A stretch of DNA of 64,000 nucleotides from Flavobacteriaceae bacterium (GTDB taxonomy: Bacteria > Bacteroidota > Bacteroidia > Flavobacteriales > Flavobacteriaceae), in NCBI GenBank assembly GCA_002723295.1, contig PBNP01000027.1:8006-72005 (forward strand), in the 5' to 3' direction. The notes under the pieces are model-generated. The model was not told where the DNA came from. It saw only the letters and a list, made by a program, of their open reading frames with translations, and made no database searches. A program made the position numbers and the translations under genes. This document shows positions 27,526-36,194 of this stretch, piece after piece; the first letter of the stretch is position 1; every line of letters starts with the position of its first letter.

Positions 27526-29137
27526 CTTTTTTGTAGCCAGGACCTGTAACAAATTTACCAGGATATAGATTAGTATGTTCACCATCTTCTATAACTGCTT
27601 GACCATTAACAATAACGTGTTCTATCCCTTCAGCAAATTGAATAGGCTTATCAAATGTTGCTTTGTCTTGGACAGTATTTGGATCAAAAACAACTATATC
27701 CGCAAAGAACTTTTCTTTTAATAAACCTCTATCTATTATACCTAGATTTGATGCTGGCAGACCACTTAGTTTTCTAATTGCCTCCTCAAGACTTAATAAA
27801 TTTTCATCTCTTGAATATTTGCCTAAAACTCTTATGAAACTTCCAAATGCTCTTGGATGAGTTCTGAAACCTTTAGATGGATTTGAATAAGAACCAGCAT
27901 CTGAACAAAATGAAACCCAAGGCAAACTTATTTTTTTCTTAATATTCTCCTCACTCATGCTAAAGTAAATGCATTGAATTCTACTATCATCTTCAATTAT
28001 TAAATCAACTATAGTCTCTTCAGGACTTTGGTTTCTCATTTTCGCAGCTTCATCAATAGTTTTTCCCAAGTATTTTTTAGCCATACTTGATTTATTAAAA
28101 CCAACCATTAGAATTCCTTTAGGATCTTGTTGTTTTAATTCTTTTCTAATATCCTCTAAGACTTTTTTTCTTGGAATTGGTTGTTGCATTCTATTAATCC
28201 AAGCTCTATGACCTCCTTCTTGAACCCAAGTAGGAATTACTCCTGTAAGACCTGTTGAACTAGCATTATATGTATAAATATCTGCAGTAATTTTTAATCC
28301 TCTTGCCCTTGCTTTTTCTACTTTATCAATAATTTCATCTAATAAATGCCAGTTGTTTTTTCTAGAAGCTTTTAGATGATATATCTCTGCTGGTATTTTT
28401 GCCTTTTCTGATATTGTTATTAACTCATCAAGGGCTTCAATTACCTTACTATCTTCATTGCGCATATGTGAGATATACATCCCTCCATAATATCCAGCAA
28501 CCTCACTTAACGCTATTAATTCATCAGTATCTGCATAATCAGCAGGTGCATAAATTAAAGAGGAGCCAATACCCATAGCTCCTTCTATCATGCTTTCTTG
28601 AACAAGTAGTCTCATTTTATTTATTTCATCAATAGAAGCTTTTCTATTAGCATATCCAACTTCTTGAATTCTAACTGTAGTTGCACCTAAAAAAGAAGCT
28701 ATGTTAGTAGAAACACCATTTGATTCTAACTTTTTCATTGCATCACCAAATGAAATATAATCAGGACTATCCTTTTTTCCCCTCGGACCTGGCGAATTAC
28801 CTTCTCCAAAAACCTCAAGTGTAACCCCTTGTTTCAAATCACTTAAAGATCTACCATCATCTAATAAAGAGTTATATCCCCAACTTAACATATTTATAAA
28901 TCCAGGAGCAACAGCTCTGTTTGTTGCATCAATAATTTTTTTTGCATTATACTTTTTTACTGGACCTACATATGTAATGTATTCCCCTTCGATAGCAATT
29001 GTTCCTTTATAGGGTTTTTCTCCAGAGCCGTCATAAATAGTTCCATTTTCAATAATTATATCACAAGTTGGAATTTCATTTTTACAGCTGTAAAGCAAAA
29101 AAAATATAGCGAATAAGTAATAGGATATCCTTTTCAT
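27500..29137 (-). CDS. N-acyl-D-amino-acid deacylase (D-aminoacylase) family amidohydrolase, lipoprotein
   Basis: Lipobox LYSC. The start DIIIENGTIYDGSG ... IAIEGEYITYVG is typical of the family, with a metal-dependent amidohydrolase core. The 3' end overlaps the convergent gene by 26 nt. Confidence 0.7.
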   Translation of the reverse strand: MKRISYYLFAIFFLLYSCKNEIPTCDIIIENGTIYDGSGEKPYKGTIAIEGEYITYVGPVKKYNAKKIIDATNRAVAPGFINMLSWGYNSLLDDGRSLSDLKQGVTLEVFGEGNSPGPRGKKDSPDYISFGDAMKKLESNGVSTNIASFLGATTVRIQEVGYANRKASIDEINKMRLLVQESMIEGAMGIGSSLIYAPADYADTDELIALSEVAGYYGGMYISHMRNEDSKVIEALDELITISEKAKIPAEIYHLKASRKNNWHLLDEIIDKVEKARARGLKITADIYTYNASSTGLTGVIPTWVQEGGHRAWINRMQQPIPRKKVLEDIRKELKQQDPKGILMVGFNKSSMAKKYLGKTIDEAAKMRNQSPEETIVDLIIEDDSRIQCIYFSMSEENIKKKISLPWVSFCSDAGSYSNPSKGFRTHPRAFGSFIRVLGKYSRDENLLSLEEAIRKLSGLPASNLGIIDRGLLKEKFFADIVVFDPNTVQDKATFDKPIQFAEGIEHVIVNGQAVIEDGEHTNLYPGKFVTGPGYKKAKNFDNYH

Positions 29138-29271
29138 AAATTTCTTATAAAATGAATTAATTAAATATATTAAAAATTAATAATAATATAGACCTTTTTA
29201 TTTTTTGGAATAAATAATTAATATTTTAGGGAATTGAATTTTATATTTAAAATCAATTTTTTTCAAATTTA

Positions 29272-30294
29272 ATGGATAAAAATTCATCCAAAGTTTTTTT
29301 TTATAAGGGTTTAAGAAAAATACAGAATTCTCTATATTTTTTCTTTTTCATAATCGCTTTACTTGTATTTTCATATTTAGCTAGAGATAATTTTAGTGAA
29401 GAAGAAGCTGATTATAGTATTTATAGCATGAGTTATGACACAAATATTTTACCTGACTCTCCTCGTGGACTCGAAATTAAATATGGTTATAGATTATTTA
29501 TTGAGACCTCTCAAATGCTTGGTGTAAAATCAAAAGAAAACCCATATGTTGGAAATGCATTAAGTTGTAATAATTGTCATTTAAATGCAGGGACTCAGGC
29601 TTTTGCCATACCCTTAATAGGTGTTAATAAAAGATTTCCTCAATATAGGGGAAGAGAAAATAAAACAGGAAGTTTAGAGGAGAGAATTAATGGATGTTTC
29701 GAAAGAAGCATGAATGGTAAAAACCTTAAAGAAAACAGTAAGGAAATGAAAGCTCTTTTAGCTTATATGAACTGGTTAGGCAGATATGTTAAGGAAGATG
29801 AAATTATTAATGGAAAAGGGTTGCTTAAAATAAATTATCCTGATAGGGCTGTAAACTTAATTAATGGCAAGCAGGTTTTTGATAAACATTGTGTAGAATG
29901 TCATGGAGAAGATGGTCAAGGAGAAAAGATTGATAATTATACTTTTATGTATCCTCCATTATGGGGATCCAACTCATATAATAATGGAGCGGGAATGACA
30001 AGAGTTCTAACAGCTGCAATGTTTATTAAATATAACATGCCTCAAGGAACTACTTTTGATAATCCTGTTTTGACAGATGAAGAATCATATGATGTTGCTG
30101 GCTATATAAATCAACAATTAAGACCTGCCAAACTAAATCTTGAAGCTGATTTTCCAATTCGTGAGAAAAAACCCATGTCAACGCCATATCCTCCTTATGC
30201 AGATTCTTTCTCTCAAACTCAACATCAACTCGGACCATTTAAACCAATTTTTGAATATTACAAAAAAAATTATAATATTGAAAAAAACAAATAA
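29272..30294 (+). CDS. membrane-anchored dihaem c-type cytochrome, TsdA (thiosulfate dehydrogenase)-like
   Basis: N-terminal TM helix and two CxxCH motifs (CNNCH residues 99-103, CVECH 207-211). INGCFERSMNG carries a candidate Cys axial ligand (Cys142). PPLWGSNSYNNGAGM is also present. Confidence 0.55.
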   Translation: MDKNSSKVFFYKGLRKIQNSLYFFFFIIALLVFSYLARDNFSEEEADYSIYSMSYDTNILPDSPRGLEIKYGYRLFIETSQMLGVKSKENPYVGNALSCNNCHLNAGTQAFAIPLIGVNKRFPQYRGRENKTGSLEERINGCFERSMNGKNLKENSKEMKALLAYMNWLGRYVKEDEIINGKGLLKINYPDRAVNLINGKQVFDKHCVECHGEDGQGEKIDNYTFMYPPLWGSNSYNNGAGMTRVLTAAMFIKYNMPQGTTFDNPVLTDEESYDVAGYINQQLRPAKLNLEADFPIREKKPMSTPYPPYADSFSQTQHQLGPFKPIFEYYKKNYNIEKNK

Positions 30295-30312
30295 CACTTT
30301 AAATTAACTATT

Positions 30313-30993
30313 ATGAATAAACAAAACTCTAGAAGATCATTTTTTGCAACTTTAGCACTTGGAGTTAGTGCCTCTGCTTTTCCAATGATGGTAAAAGAAT
30401 TTGAAAAAATGGAATCAATTCCAGAAATTAATCATATTGACAGAAAAGATTCAGACGATTGGTTTAAAAAAATTAAAGGAAGTCATAGGATAGCATATGA
30501 TGGGAGTACTCCTCACCAGACATTACCAATTGTGTGGAATTGGGCGTTTTATCAATCAAATAACCAAACAGGCTCACCTGATAGTGACATTACTGCAATG
30601 ACTGTTCTTCGTCATACAGCTATACCATATGCGTTTAATTCAGATATTTGGAAAAAGTATCCCATTGGTAAGATTTTTGGTATAAACGACAATTCAACTG
30701 GAGAACCTTCTTTAAGAAACACTGTATATGAACCTCAACCGGGAGATTTACCTCTTCCTCAAGTTGAAGGCATTAAACGTTTACAACAAAGAGGAGCTCT
30801 TTTTTGTGTATGTAACCTAGCTATTAATGTATATAGTGGTGTTATAGCAAATCAAATGCAAATTGAACCTAAAGAAGTTTATAATGATATTATAGCAGGA
30901 ATTCTTCCAGAGATACAACTTGTTCCATCAGGGGTATGGGCATTAGGGAGAGCTCAGGAAAATGGATGTGGTTACATTTTTGCAGGTAATTAA
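30313..30993 (+). CDS. Tat-exported DsrE/DsrF-like (COG1416-type) protein, extended form
   Basis: Twin-arginine leader SRRSFFATLALGVSASA. ALFCVCNLA and VPSGVWALGRAQENGCGYIFAG parallel the aC.nT ... VPsGv.el..lQ..GyaYI pattern of the neighbouring DsrE-like protein. Confidence 0.45.
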   Translation: MNKQNSRRSFFATLALGVSASAFPMMVKEFEKMESIPEINHIDRKDSDDWFKKIKGSHRIAYDGSTPHQTLPIVWNWAFYQSNNQTGSPDSDITAMTVLRHTAIPYAFNSDIWKKYPIGKIFGINDNSTGEPSLRNTVYEPQPGDLPLPQVEGIKRLQQRGALFCVCNLAINVYSGVIANQMQIEPKEVYNDIIAGILPEIQLVPSGVWALGRAQENGCGYIFAGN

Positions 30994-31002
30994 ATTAAAA
31001 AA

Positions 31003-31440
31003 ATGAAAAATAAATACTTTAGAAAATTAGCAGTAATCGCTTTTATTTTGTTTTTAACTAACACAAATGCTCAGAGTGAAGATATTAAAGTTGATTTTGA
31101 CATAACTAGCTCTAGTACAAGTGTTCATAATACAGCTATAAGACATTTAACAGGGATGGCCAAAGCCTATCCCAACTCTAAATTCGAACTTGTTATGTAT
31201 AGTGGTGCTGGAAAATTAGCAACATATGAAAACAAAGAGTTAGCAATGAAAGTTTCAAAAGTAGCTGCAATGGATAATGCCAGAGTGATTCTTTGTGAAG
31301 GAACCATGAATAGACTAGGTTTAAAAAAGGATGATCTTGTAACTGGAGTAGAGACTGTTCCAGATGGTATTTTGGAAATTGCAATTAAACAAGCTAAAGG
31401 GTGGGCATATATTAAGCAAGGACTAAATACGCCAAAATAA
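31003..31440 (+). CDS. DsrE/DsrF-like family protein (COG1416-type) with Sec signal peptide
   Basis: 145 aa with signal peptide ending TNAQS. Shows ELVMYSGAG, VILCEGTMNRLGL and VPDGILEIAIKQAKGWAYIKQ. Confidence 0.6.
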   Translation: MKNKYFRKLAVIAFILFLTNTNAQSEDIKVDFDITSSSTSVHNTAIRHLTGMAKAYPNSKFELVMYSGAGKLATYENKELAMKVSKVAAMDNARVILCEGTMNRLGLKKDDLVTGVETVPDGILEIAIKQAKGWAYIKQGLNTPK

Positions 31441-31444
31441 AAAA

Positions 31445-31468
31445 AGCCTTCCGTTTTAAAGGAAAGCT
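31445..31468. terminator. imperfect hairpin between convergent genes
   Basis: AGCCTTCC / GGAAAGCT stem (7 of 8 pairs) with an 8-nt loop. The T-run is present only for the minus-strand transcript. Confidence 0.35.
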
Positions 31469-31526
31469 TCTCATCAGTCGCTATATCCATTATGGATTTT
31501 GCAACACACAACGAGGCAAATATACG

Positions 31527-32219
31527 TTATTTATAATATATACTGTCTATATATTTGATAATATTTTTTCCTCTACTTTGATGTTCAGTAAACCTACCTA
31601 TTGAGGCTTTATTTACTGTTTTAAGATATTGAAGATTACTTAAAAATGTTTTATTGGTTGAATTGTCAGAGTAGTTTATTCTAACTTTTCCTTTTGGTTT
31701 TAAAAACTCAATATCATAAACAGTCATCTGATCAAATACATAAGGGTCAAAAATTATATTTAGTTGATCAAAAATTCTTCTACATAAATATTCTTCTCTT
31801 TCTCTTATAGACTCAATAAAAATATAGTGATCATTATAATCTAATAGTGTGTCTACTACTTTTTGATTTTTAATAAGAGTTAAATTCCCGGAGTTTTTAA
31901 GTTGGTCTATTGATGAATTATTAGCAAAAAACCTTGATGGTCTAGGAAGATATCTTCCATAATAATATAAGTCTGAGGAATTTTCTTCAAACTTTTTATT
32001 TTTGAAAATATAATAAATTGAATCAATTTGAACCTCTCTTATTTTTCTTCTTCTAATAATTGTATCTAACTCAGATATATCCTTATTAATATCATTTTTA
32101 AAAGAATTAATGAATTCTAATTCACGTTCATTTTTTGATAAGTCTTCCCTATAATTTTCTACAAAAAATCCTAGTGAAATTGCTAAGAATAGCATTATAA
32201 ATTCTTTAAATAATTTCAT
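31527..32219 (-). CDS. hypothetical membrane-anchored protein (DUF6090-like)
   Basis: 230 aa with a single N-terminal TM (MLFLAISLGFFVENYRED) followed by a charged, probably coiled-coil segment. Resemblance to a flavobacterial family of unknown function is from memory only. Confidence 0.35.
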   Translation of the reverse strand: MKLFKEFIMLFLAISLGFFVENYREDLSKNERELEFINSFKNDINKDISELDTIIRRRKIREVQIDSIYYIFKNKKFEENSSDLYYYGRYLPRPSRFFANNSSIDQLKNSGNLTLIKNQKVVDTLLDYNDHYIFIESIREREEYLCRRIFDQLNIIFDPYVFDQMTVYDIEFLKPKGKVRINYSDNSTNKTFLSNLQYLKTVNKASIGRFTEHQSRGKNIIKYIDSIYYK

Positions 32220-32235
32220 TATTAATCAATTAAAA

Positions 32236-32243
32236 CAAAATTA
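32236..32243 (-). promoter_or_regulatory. candidate -7 box TAATTTTG for 31527..32219
   Basis: Exact TAnnTTTG match on the minus strand, 16 nt upstream of ATG 32219. Confidence 0.4.
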
Positions 32244-32363
32244 GATTTATTTTTTGTTTTTGAGTTAGTTCCAATATATATTAAATTCACCTTGTTCAGA
32301 TTCCCAAATTTTATTAGCTGAATAAAACTCTAACATATTTTTTTTCATATAATAATTTTTAAT

Positions 32364-33167
32364 TTATTGATAGACTCTAATATAGTCAACCTCCATTCTA
32401 GCTGACTCAAAGTTTGGGTCAATATTATTGTTTGTAAAATCTCCTCCCATGGCAACATTTAAAATAATAAAAAAAGGATGATGAAATGGCATAGAATTAT
32501 CTAAAGAAACCTCATGGTATTTAATATCATCGACAAAAAACTGAATTTTTGATGATGTCCATTTAGCTTTATATATATGAAAAGCTGATGATGGATTTTC
32601 AATAGTTTGCTCACCTCTTAAAAAATAATGATTGCCATTTGAGTTTGGTAGATGAATCGCTGAAGAAACAAGTCCTGGAATACCATCACCATGCTCCATT
32701 ATGTCAATTTCTCCACAAAATGGCCAGCCTATAGAATCAATATTTTCCCCTAACATCCAAAGAGCTGGCCATGTGCCTTGTCCTTCAGGAAGTTTAGCTT
32801 TTATCTCAATCATTCCATATTTGAATTCGAATAAATTTTGAGTAGTCATTCTTGCAGAAGTATAGCTTTTTCCTTGATATTCTTCTTTAAGAGCAATTAT
32901 CTTAAGTACTCCATTTTCAACTATTGAATTGCTCCTTCTGTCTGTATAATATTGTACTTCATTATTCCACCAACTCCCATTATTAGGGGGGATGGTTTCT
33001 AAAAACCAATTGTTTGAGGATGGTGCACCATCTAAATCAAACTCTTCAGACCAAAGTAAATTTGAAAAATCTATATTATTATTTTCAGTTATCGATTGAG
33101 CAGTTGCATTATCCTTTTTTGAACATGAAATTGAAAACACTAATAATAGCAGTAAAAATTTTTTCAT
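32364..33167 (-). CDS. GH16 family beta-glucanase (laminarinase-like), lipoprotein
   Basis: Catalytic motif GEIDIMEH (E-x-D-x-x-E), WPALWMLG, and a jelly-roll-like composition. Start moved to ATG 33167 (MKKFLLLLLVFSISC lipobox), because a -7 box lies inside the longer ORF-track model. Confidence 0.8.
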   Translation of the reverse strand: MKKFLLLLLVFSISCSKKDNATAQSITENNNIDFSNLLWSEEFDLDGAPSSNNWFLETIPPNNGSWWNNEVQYYTDRRSNSIVENGVLKIIALKEEYQGKSYTSARMTTQNLFEFKYGMIEIKAKLPEGQGTWPALWMLGENIDSIGWPFCGEIDIMEHGDGIPGLVSSAIHLPNSNGNHYFLRGEQTIENPSSAFHIYKAKWTSSKIQFFVDDIKYHEVSLDNSMPFHHPFFIILNVAMGGDFTNNNIDPNFESARMEVDYIRVYQ

Positions 33168-33185
33168 TTTATTTTTTATAGACAC

Positions 33186-33193
33186 CAAATATA
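33186..33193 (-). promoter_or_regulatory. candidate -7 box TATATTTG for the GH16 gene
   Basis: Exact TAnnTTTG match on the minus strand, 18 nt upstream of ATG 33167. Confidence 0.45.
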
Positions 33194-33300
33194 TCAATAA
33201 GTTAAAGATTAGGACTTGAAAATTAAAATCATATTTATTAATCAAATAGATGTAAATAAATCAATTAAAGTTTAATCAGCAATTTTTAACATTTGTATCT

Positions 33301-35259
33301 TTGAGGATTACTTTACCCTTTATGATTTATAGGTTTATAGAAATAAAAGCTTTCACTTATAGGATTGGACTTGTTTTCATTTTTTATATGATCTCACGTT
33401 GGCTTTTTGCTTTTTTTAATTCGGATTTTATAAAAATTGATAGTTGGTATGAATTTTTTCTATTGTCAACGTATGGGCTAAAATTTGATTTAGCAGCGAT
33501 TATATATATGCAAGGTGTTTTTATTTTAATGTCATTTATTCCAGGAAGACCTATTTATAAATCTTGGTATAAAACCACTTTAAAATTTTTTTATTTTACT
33601 GGAGCCTTTGTTGGCTTAGGACTTAATTTCATTGACTTTGCATATTATAGGTTTAACTTAATGAGAATGAATTCAAATGTTTTTGAAGTAATTGAGAATG
33701 AGCAAAATAAGGCAAAATTATTTTATCACTTTTTTGATGAATACTTATACTTGTTTTTTTTGTTTTTCTTTTTCTCAATATTATGGTTTTATTTATATAG
33801 GTTAGTTAAAATTGACATTAAGACAAGAAAATTTTCAAATTATTATTGGTATAAATCTACAGCTGTATTCCTTTTAATAATTTTTTTATGTGTTGGAGGT
33901 GTTAGAGGAGATTATAAGAAAAGTACTCGCCCTATTACACTAATTCATGCTATGGAAAATGTTGATAATCCTCAACATGCAGATTTCATATTAAATACTC
34001 CCTTTACAATAATAAGAACCTGGAGGAAAACAAGTTTTAAATTAACTAATAAATATTCCAAACAAGAGATAGAGCAAGTAATTAAACCTGAAAAAAATTA
34101 TTCAAATAAAAATAATGATTCAATCAAACCGAATGTAATAATATTTATTTTGGAGAGTATGGGAAGAGAGTATTGGGGTAGTTTAAATAGGGAGAGGAAA
34201 ATACCTAATTATAAAGGATATACACCCTTTTTAGATTCTCTTTCAAAGCATAGTTTAATTTTCACTAATTTTTTCTCCAATAGCAGAAAATCAATTCATG
34301 GAATGTCAGCTATACTTGCAGGAATTCCATCATTTGAAACAGCATATACTTCTTCAGCATATTCAAATCAACCTATTGAATCAATTGTTTCTGTTGTAAA
34401 TAGCTTAGGATATGATTCATCATTTTTTCACGGTGCGCCAAATGGTTCCATGGGGTTTTTAGGCTTTTCAAAAACTTTGGGATTCAATAATTATTATGGT
34501 AAGGATGAGTATAATAATGATGATGATTTTGATGGATATTGGGGTATATGGGATGAACCTTTTTTAAACTATACAAAAAATATTATTGATAAAAAGAAAG
34601 AACCATTTTTTGCAACCGTATTTACTTTAACTTCTCATGAGCCATATATTATTCCTCAGAAATATGAAGATAAATTTGAAGGAGGATTTTTGCCAATGCA
34701 TAAAACTGTTAGATACACAGATTTTTCAATTAAAAAGTTTTTTGATAGAGCAAAAACCCAGCCCTGGTTTGATAATACTATTTTTTTATTTACAGCAGAT
34801 CATGGAAATCAAACGTATTATGATTATTATAAAAAAATTATAAATCGTTTTGCAAATCCATTAATGATATATTGGCCTAAAGGCACATTGAAAGGTGTTT
34901 CTGATCAGCTTTCACATCACATGGATATTTATCCAACATTAGTTGATTTAATAGGGTATGATAAGTCTTTTAGAAGTTGGGGACAAAGTTTAGTTTCTGA
35001 AAACCAAGATGAACCTTATGTAATAAACTACTTTGGCGGAGGAAGTTATTTTATAATGAATGAAGATTACATTGCTATTTCCAATGGAGAGAAAATAATT
35101 GGATTTTATGATTCAAAAGACAAAGATTTAGAAAACAACCTAATAAATAATTCAAATAATAAGATGAAAAAGTTAGCTTATAAATTTAATCTATTTCTGC
35201 AGAATTATATGAATAGAATTGTCAAAGGAGAAATGAAACTTGAAAATTCAGATGAATAA
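33301..35259 (+). CDS. LTA-synthase-family / phosphoglycerol-transferase-like membrane protein (alkaline-phosphatase superfamily)
   Basis: About 5 N-terminal TM helices followed by an extracytoplasmic sulfatase-fold domain (NVIIFILESMGREYWG, FTLTSHEPY, LFTADHGN). Starts at TTG 33301, or possibly at ATG 33322. Confidence 0.7.
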   Translation: MRITLPFMIYRFIEIKAFTYRIGLVFIFYMISRWLFAFFNSDFIKIDSWYEFFLLSTYGLKFDLAAIIYMQGVFILMSFIPGRPIYKSWYKTTLKFFYFTGAFVGLGLNFIDFAYYRFNLMRMNSNVFEVIENEQNKAKLFYHFFDEYLYLFFLFFFFSILWFYLYRLVKIDIKTRKFSNYYWYKSTAVFLLIIFLCVGGVRGDYKKSTRPITLIHAMENVDNPQHADFILNTPFTIIRTWRKTSFKLTNKYSKQEIEQVIKPEKNYSNKNNDSIKPNVIIFILESMGREYWGSLNRERKIPNYKGYTPFLDSLSKHSLIFTNFFSNSRKSIHGMSAILAGIPSFETAYTSSAYSNQPIESIVSVVNSLGYDSSFFHGAPNGSMGFLGFSKTLGFNNYYGKDEYNNDDDFDGYWGIWDEPFLNYTKNIIDKKKEPFFATVFTLTSHEPYIIPQKYEDKFEGGFLPMHKTVRYTDFSIKKFFDRAKTQPWFDNTIFLFTADHGNQTYYDYYKKIINRFANPLMIYWPKGTLKGVSDQLSHHMDIYPTLVDLIGYDKSFRSWGQSLVSENQDEPYVINYFGGGSYFIMNEDYIAISNGEKIIGFYDSKDKDLENNLINNSNNKMKKLAYKFNLFLQNYMNRIVKGEMKLENSDE

Positions 35260-36133
35260 AAAATTATTTTTTATAATTAATCCTATTTCAAAGAGGAAAG
35301 CAAAATTATTAGAAAGTGAGATTAACAATTTTTTTTATTTAAGAAAGGAAGAGTTTATAATTCAAAAATCTAAAGATGCTAATGATTTAAAAAAGATAGC
35401 TTTAGAGGCTATTAATTCTAAACCAAATGTAATAATAGCTTGCGGTGGAGATGGAACAATCAATGAAGTTGGCCAATTAATAGTAGGATCAAAAATAAAG
35501 TTTGGAATAATTCCAATTGGTTCAGGGAATGGTGTTTCTAATCATTTAAAAATACCATATGATTTTAAAAAAGCTTTAGAAATTATTGTTTCTGATTCTT
35601 TAAAAAAAATGGATGTCGGGAAAATTGAAGACCGTTATTTTTTTAGTAATGTTGGATTTGGAATTGAAGTTGATTTCATAAAACATTATCAATCAAAAAA
35701 TATTCATGGCTTAAGAGGTTATTTTCCTGCTTTTTTTAAATCATTTAGATCCTATACTGCCCCTAATTTTGTAATTGAGTTAAATAACAGAAAAACAACA
35801 ATTACACCCTATGTGTTAATTCTAGCAAATATAAATGAGCAAGGATACGGAATAAGCATAACACCAATGGCTAAATCAGATGATGGTATTCTAGATTTGA
35901 TAATGATAAAAAAAACAAAACCTTTTGTTTTACTATATTATATAATTAAAATCTTATTAGGTATAATGCCTAAGAATGAACAAAATATAACTCGTAGTAA
36001 AACAAAAAAGGTTAAGTTATTCTCGAAAAATAATGATATAAATGTTCAAATTGATGGAGAATTTTTTCTTTATAATAAAAGTGAGTTAGAAATATCCATT
36101 AACTCTGAAACCATAGATGTTTTATGCCCATAA
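35252..36133 (+). CDS. diacylglycerol-kinase-family lipid kinase (YegS/BmrU-like)
   Basis: Shows the ACGGDGTINEV and IPIGSGNG motifs of the DAGK catalytic domain. ATG 35252 is preferred over TTG 35240. Overlaps the upstream stop. Confidence 0.75.
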   Translation: MNKKLFFIINPISKRKAKLLESEINNFFYLRKEEFIIQKSKDANDLKKIALEAINSKPNVIIACGGDGTINEVGQLIVGSKIKFGIIPIGSGNGVSNHLKIPYDFKKALEIIVSDSLKKMDVGKIEDRYFFSNVGFGIEVDFIKHYQSKNIHGLRGYFPAFFKSFRSYTAPNFVIELNNRKTTITPYVLILANINEQGYGISITPMAKSDDGILDLIMIKKTKPFVLLYYIIKILLGIMPKNEQNITRSKTKKVKLFSKNNDINVQIDGEFFLYNKSELEISINSETIDVLCP

Positions 36134-36194
36134 TACTATTAAATAAATATTTAAAATAATGTTACTTTTATCCTATCTTCTTAATTAATTAAAA

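Noticed and set aside
31167-31511. 114-aa minus-strand ORF (and 31193-31384) overlapping the DsrE-like gene.
   Set aside because: It is antisense to a gene with a signal peptide and recognisable DsrE-type blocks. It has no motif of its own and would run through the intergenic hairpin.
32265-32348. 27-codon ORF in the spacer between the GH16 gene and the 230-aa hypothetical gene.
   Set aside because: It is too short to evaluate by eye, with no recognisable -7 box directly upstream and no motif. It is mentioned in a finding only as something to test, and is not annotated as a feature.
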